From Bradyrhizobiaceae bacterium (GTDB lineage Bacteria; Pseudomonadota; Alphaproteobacteria; Rhizobiales; Xanthobacteraceae), in NCBI GenBank assembly GCA_003963435.1, contig RXJC01000024.1, positions 6,356-70,355 of the forward strand: a stretch of DNA of 64,000 nucleotides, read 5' to 3'. Made by a program: the position numbers and the translations under genes. This document shows, piece after piece, positions 60,508 to 64,000 of the stretch. The notes beneath the pieces were generated by a model. The model worked only from the letters and a program-made list of their open reading frames with translations. It had not been told where the DNA came from and did no database searches. Position 1 is the first letter of the stretch. Every line of letters begins with the position of its first letter.

Positions 60508-61223
60508 AGTTGCTGCTCCTCTTTCTCCGCCTGTCGCGGCTGCCCCCGCGCCGTGACGCAGGCCGCCGGATTCTTGGCCCGCGCGCATTCGGCCGGCGCC
60601 GTGATGCGCGGGACCACCGCGCCGGAAACCGCGAGCACCTGCCCGCTCGCACTGTCCCGCACGGTGATGCGGATGCGGTCCGGCAGCTGCGGCTGCCCGC
60701 GCCAGGTCGGGTGCCACTGACCGTCGGGTCCGGCATAGGCGAAGCTCACGCGGAACGGCGCCCGGATCAGCACGACCTGGTCGACGAAGCGGATCTGGCC
60801 GTCTGTCGGCATCGGTTGAAACGGCGCGCGCTCGCGCACCAAGGCGAGCCCCTGCGCGTCGGCCTTCTCCATCAGGCGGACGAATTCGAGGCCTGGACGC
60901 GCGCTTGGGCCGAGCGCCGTGCGCAGGAAGGTCACCGACAATTCGGCGCCGTCGAACAGTGGCACCCTGGCGTCGCCGTTCACGGTGATCTGCTCGGCCA
61001 CAGCGAGGTCGGCGACGATGCGGTCAAGCCCGGTCGCAAGACGCTCGGCCCGCTGCACGCGGGCGATGCCGCGATTCCAGTTCGGCAGCCATTGCGCCGT
61101 CACGGTCGCGAGCGCGGCCAGGATGACGGTCATCAGCAGGGTGGCGAGCAACACTTCGAGCAGCGTGAAGCCGGCCTCGTCGGCCAGCGCGCAGCGCGCA
61201 CGCCTGATTGCCGGGCCCTTCAT
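60504..61223 (-). CDS. gspJ: Type II secretion minor pseudopilin GspJ
   Basis: AGFTLLEVLLA prepilin site. Gene order. Confidence 0.85.
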   Translation of the reverse strand: MKGPAIRRARCALADEAGFTLLEVLLATLLMTVILAALATVTAQWLPNWNRGIARVQRAERLATGLDRIVADLAVAEQITVNGDARVPLFDGAELSVTFLRTALGPSARPGLEFVRLMEKADAQGLALVRERAPFQPMPTDGQIRFVDQVVLIRAPFRVSFAYAGPDGQWHPTWRGQPQLPDRIRITVRDSASGQVLAVSGAVVPRITAPAECARAKNPAACVTARGQPRQAEKEEQQL

Positions 61224-61612
61224 TGCGAGGCCCTCGGCACCAGCTTCACCGTCGTGACCTCTATCGCACTGCCGTCGGCGCGCTGCAGGCGAAGGTTGAC
61301 GGCGAGTGGCACGAAGCGATCGCCGGGATCGCTGCCCGGCACGTTCATCGGCGCAACGTCGATCCGCCAGCGGCTGCCGGCCAGTTCGCCGCTGCGCCGG
61401 CCGGGCTTCAGCAGCGAGCGCGCCGGCAGCTCCGCAAGCAGGGTCTCGGTCGTGCCCGCCAGTGCCAGACGCTGGTCGATCGCGCGCGTGCCCTTTGCCG
61501 TCGTGGCGATGACCGAGCCGATCGCCCCGAGCACGACGGCGATGATCGCGAGCGCGACCAGCGCCTCGATCAGGGTGAAGCCGGCGGTGTCAGAGCAGCT
61601 TCTGCGCGACAA
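61220..61612 (-). CDS. gspI: Type II secretion minor pseudopilin GspI
   Basis: AGFTLIEALVALAI. Gene order. Confidence 0.85.
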   Translation of the reverse strand: MSRRSCSDTAGFTLIEALVALAIIAVVLGAIGSVIATTAKGTRAIDQRLALAGTTETLLAELPARSLLKPGRRSGELAGSRWRIDVAPMNVPGSDPGDRFVPLAVNLRLQRADGSAIEVTTVKLVPRASQ

Positions 61613-62084
61613 TCTCGACGCCTCCGGTCAGCCAGTTGACACGTACCTCGTAGCCGATGCCGGGCCGCGCCAGCGCGATCACCCCGCCGCACGACATGCC
61701 CGACGGAAAGAAATCGATCGACCGCCCCGCGGCCCGGTCGGCGCAGCGCGAGGCCAGCATCGCCTGCACCACCACGTCGTCGGGCAGGCGGATGGTCCGC
61801 CCGGTGACGCCGGAACGGATCGCGCGCGCCTCGGCGTCCACCTCGGTCGTCACCCTGGTCTGCCGGCGCAGCGCCGCGTTGCGATCGGCCTTCAGCAGCG
61901 CCGCGGTTTCGACCGCGTAGCTCTCCAGCCGCGCCCGCGTCGTGCTGCGCGGGATCGCCGGCAGGATGATTGCCGCGAGCAGACCGATGATCGCGAGCAC
62001 GCACAGGATCTCGATCAGCGCGAAGCCGCGCGCCTCGCCGATGCCTTCAGCGCACGCCGCTGACAATGTCGGCCGCCGTTCCAT
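61590..62084 (-). CDS. gspH: Type II secretion minor pseudopilin GspH
   Basis: RGFALIEILCVLAI, IDFFPSG.S.GG, V.WLTG. Start uncertain (62084 or 62066). Confidence 0.83.
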   Translation of the reverse strand: MERRPTLSAACAEGIGEARGFALIEILCVLAIIGLLAAIILPAIPRSTTRARLESYAVETAALLKADRNAALRRQTRVTTEVDAEARAIRSGVTGRTIRLPDDVVVQAMLASRCADRAAGRSIDFFPSGMSCGGVIALARPGIGYEVRVNWLTGGVEIVAQKLL

Positions 62085-62502
62085 TGCCGCCTTCCTGACC
62101 GTCCGAGCCCAGCGAGATGATCTCATAGGGCGCGCTCGCGCCCGGCGCACGATAGACGTAAATGTGCCCCCAGGGATCGTTCGGCACCACGCCGCCGCGC
62201 AAATAGGGCCCGTTCCAGCCGGCCTGATTGGTGTTGCGGGTCAGCGCGGCGAGACCTTCGTTCGAGGTCGGATACCGGCCGAGATCGATAAAGTAGAGAT
62301 CGAGCGCGCTGGAAAAGCTCTCGATCTGGATCTTCGCCGCCTTCGCCTTGGACTCGCTGAGATAGTTCAGCACCCGCGGGCCGACCAGCGCCATGATCAT
62401 CCCGATGATGGTGATGACGACCAGCATCTCGACCAGGGTGAAGCCGGCCTCTCCTCGCCGCGCGCGCCGTCGGCACCGCTTTGACGATCGATGTTTCGTC
62501 AC
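62047..62502 (-). CDS. gspG: Type II secretion major pseudopilin GspG
   Basis: AGFTLVEMLVV, ALDLY..D.GRYP..EGL.AL, W.GPYL, DPWG, S.G.DG..GG. GGAGG RBS. Confidence 0.95.
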   Translation of the reverse strand: MTKHRSSKRCRRRARRGEAGFTLVEMLVVITIIGMIMALVGPRVLNYLSESKAKAAKIQIESFSSALDLYFIDLGRYPTSNEGLAALTRNTNQAGWNGPYLRGGVVPNDPWGHIYVYRAPGASAPYEIISLGSDGQEGGNGTAADIVSGVR

Positions 62503-62524
62503 CTCAAATCCTCCAACTATCAAT

Positions 62525-63736
62525 TCAACCGACAATCTGGCTCACCGACATCAGCGCCGTCATCACCGACGTGATCAGGCCGCCGACCACCAGCGAGATC
62601 GCGATGATCGCGGCCGGGCCGGCAATGCCGACCGCGCGGTCCAGCGTTCGCTGCAACTTGGCCTCGTAGAACTCGGCGATGCGCCCCGACAGCATCGGCA
62701 ATTGCCCCGTCTCGTCGCCGAGCCGGAGCATGCGCACCGCCATTGCGGGCAGTGCCTCCGTCTCGGCTAACGCGTCGGACAGCTTCGAGCCGTGGCGGAC
62801 GCGGTCGGCGGCATCGCTCCACACTGCCGACGGGCCGGTGGTCGCCATCATGTCGACGAGGATGCGCAGCGTAACGGTGAGATTGACGCCGCTGCCGAGC
62901 AGCAGGCCGAGATTGCGGCAGAACAGCGCCGTCCGGTACGCGCTCATCACGTTGCGGATGGCCGGCAGCCGGGTGATCGCATTGGTGGCGCCGCGGCGAA
63001 CGCGCTGTTGCCGAAGCAGGAGCCACGCCACTGCGATGGTGGCCGCAAGGCCGGCCAGCACCGCATCGGAATTACTGCGCAGGAAAGTTGAGATGTTGAG
63101 GAAGATGCCGACGACCGGATCGATCTTGGCGCCGAAATCCTGCAACACGGATGCGAATTGCGGCAGCACGAAAGTGAGGAAGAACAGGAGCACGCAACCC
63201 GCCGCGCCCAGCACGAACAGCGGATAGCGGATCGCATCCGATAATCGCCGCCGTAGCGCCTCGCTGCGCGTGCGCTCGCCGGCCAGCACCTCCAGCACCT
63301 GATCCAGTGACCCCGAGGCTTCGCCGACCCGCACCAGTGCGACATACATCGGCGGGAACAGCCCCTCGTGCCGTGCCAGCGCTTCGCCGAAGCTTTCGCC
63401 CGCAACGACGCGCGAGCGGATGTCGGCAACGACCGGGCGCAGCCGGCCGAAATCGGGATCGGTCGCGAGCAACTCCAATCCGTCGTTGATACGGGCGCCG
63501 GCGCGCAGCAGCAGCGCGAGGTCGCGGGTGAAGATGGTGACGTCTTCGGGTTTCGGCCTGTTGAAGAGGCCGAACACTCTCCCCGCCGAGCCGCCCTCGT
63601 CCGGGGTAACGTTGTCGACCAGCACGAGGCCGAGCCGCTCGATCCGCTGCGCGACGTCGCCCGGCGCAGGCGCGGCGATGGCGCCGGAGACCAGTTCGCC
63701 GTTGGCGTTGAGGGCGCGGTAGCGATAGTTCGGCAT
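62525..63736 (-). CDS. gspF: Type II secretion inner-membrane platform protein GspF
   Basis: Y.YRAL...G...G, FTR.LA.LL.AG, GE.SG.L..VL, YP, G.ETG.L. Confidence 0.93.
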   Translation of the reverse strand: MPNYRYRALNANGELVSGAIAAPAPGDVAQRIERLGLVLVDNVTPDEGGSAGRVFGLFNRPKPEDVTIFTRDLALLLRAGARINDGLELLATDPDFGRLRPVVADIRSRVVAGESFGEALARHEGLFPPMYVALVRVGEASGSLDQVLEVLAGERTRSEALRRRLSDAIRYPLFVLGAAGCVLLFFLTFVLPQFASVLQDFGAKIDPVVGIFLNISTFLRSNSDAVLAGLAATIAVAWLLLRQQRVRRGATNAITRLPAIRNVMSAYRTALFCRNLGLLLGSGVNLTVTLRILVDMMATTGPSAVWSDAADRVRHGSKLSDALAETEALPAMAVRMLRLGDETGQLPMLSGRIAEFYEAKLQRTLDRAVGIAGPAAIIAISLVVGGLITSVMTALMSVSQIVG

Positions 63737-63739
63737 GGC

Positions 63740-64000
63740 CTAGCGCACCGTCGTGACGCGGAAGACCTCGGGCACGGTGGTGAGCCCGGCCCGGCATTTG
63801 GCGACCGCATCCTCCAGCATCGTCGTCATGCCGCCGCGCATTGCGGCGGCGTCGATCGCATGAGAGTCGGTCTGTGGGCCGATCAGGGCGCGCACCTCGT
63901 CGGACATTTCCAGGATCTCGAATACGCCGTTGCGGCCGCGATAGCCGGTGCCGCCGCAGCGCTCGCAGCCGCCGGCCTGGTGCACCACCTCGCCGCACTT
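63740..64000 (-). CDS. gspE: Type II secretion ATPase GspE (C-terminal part, runs off window)
   Basis: GCERCGGTGYRGR..FE.L and G.TT..EV.RV. Confidence 0.9.
   Translation of the reverse strand, partial: KCGEVVHQAGGCERCGGTGYRGRNGVFEILEMSDEVRALIGPQTDSHAIDAAAMRGGMTTMLEDAVAKCRAGLTTVPEVFRVTTVR

Overview
High-GC alphaproteobacterial (Bradyrhizobium-like) DNA holding a ~53 kb surface-polysaccharide (LPS O-antigen/capsule) locus, followed by the distal part of a type II secretion (gsp) operon. The glycan locus has several modules. (i) A NodU/CmcH-type carbamoyltransferase runs off the left edge. (ii) An unusual ulosonic-acid module encodes a CBS-GHMP kinase, a NeuB-SAF-TIM-barrel fusion, a cytidylyltransferase, a TIM-barrel epimerase and three SDRs. 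(iii) There is an O-acyltransferase, several orphan membrane proteins and a pair of paralogous unknown genes, one frameshifted. (iv) An HddC-GmhB fusion follows. (v) A complete legionaminic-acid pathway has an elaABC/ptmFBA-like tail, plus wzx, a 2OG-Fe(II)-like dioxygenase and candidate transferases. (vi) A CDP-glucose/split-transketolase module sits beside a GtrB-like and GT-C-like pair and is interrupted by a sulfotransferase-like gene and a kinase. (vii) uxs, a wzy-like gene and a GT follow. (viii) A dTDP-3-amino-3,6-dideoxyhexose module has a methyltransferase. A 1205-aa autotransporter lies on the opposite strand between gspM and gspN. No rRNA, tRNA, CRISPR or transposase was seen. Calls come from reading motifs by eye; no database searches were run.
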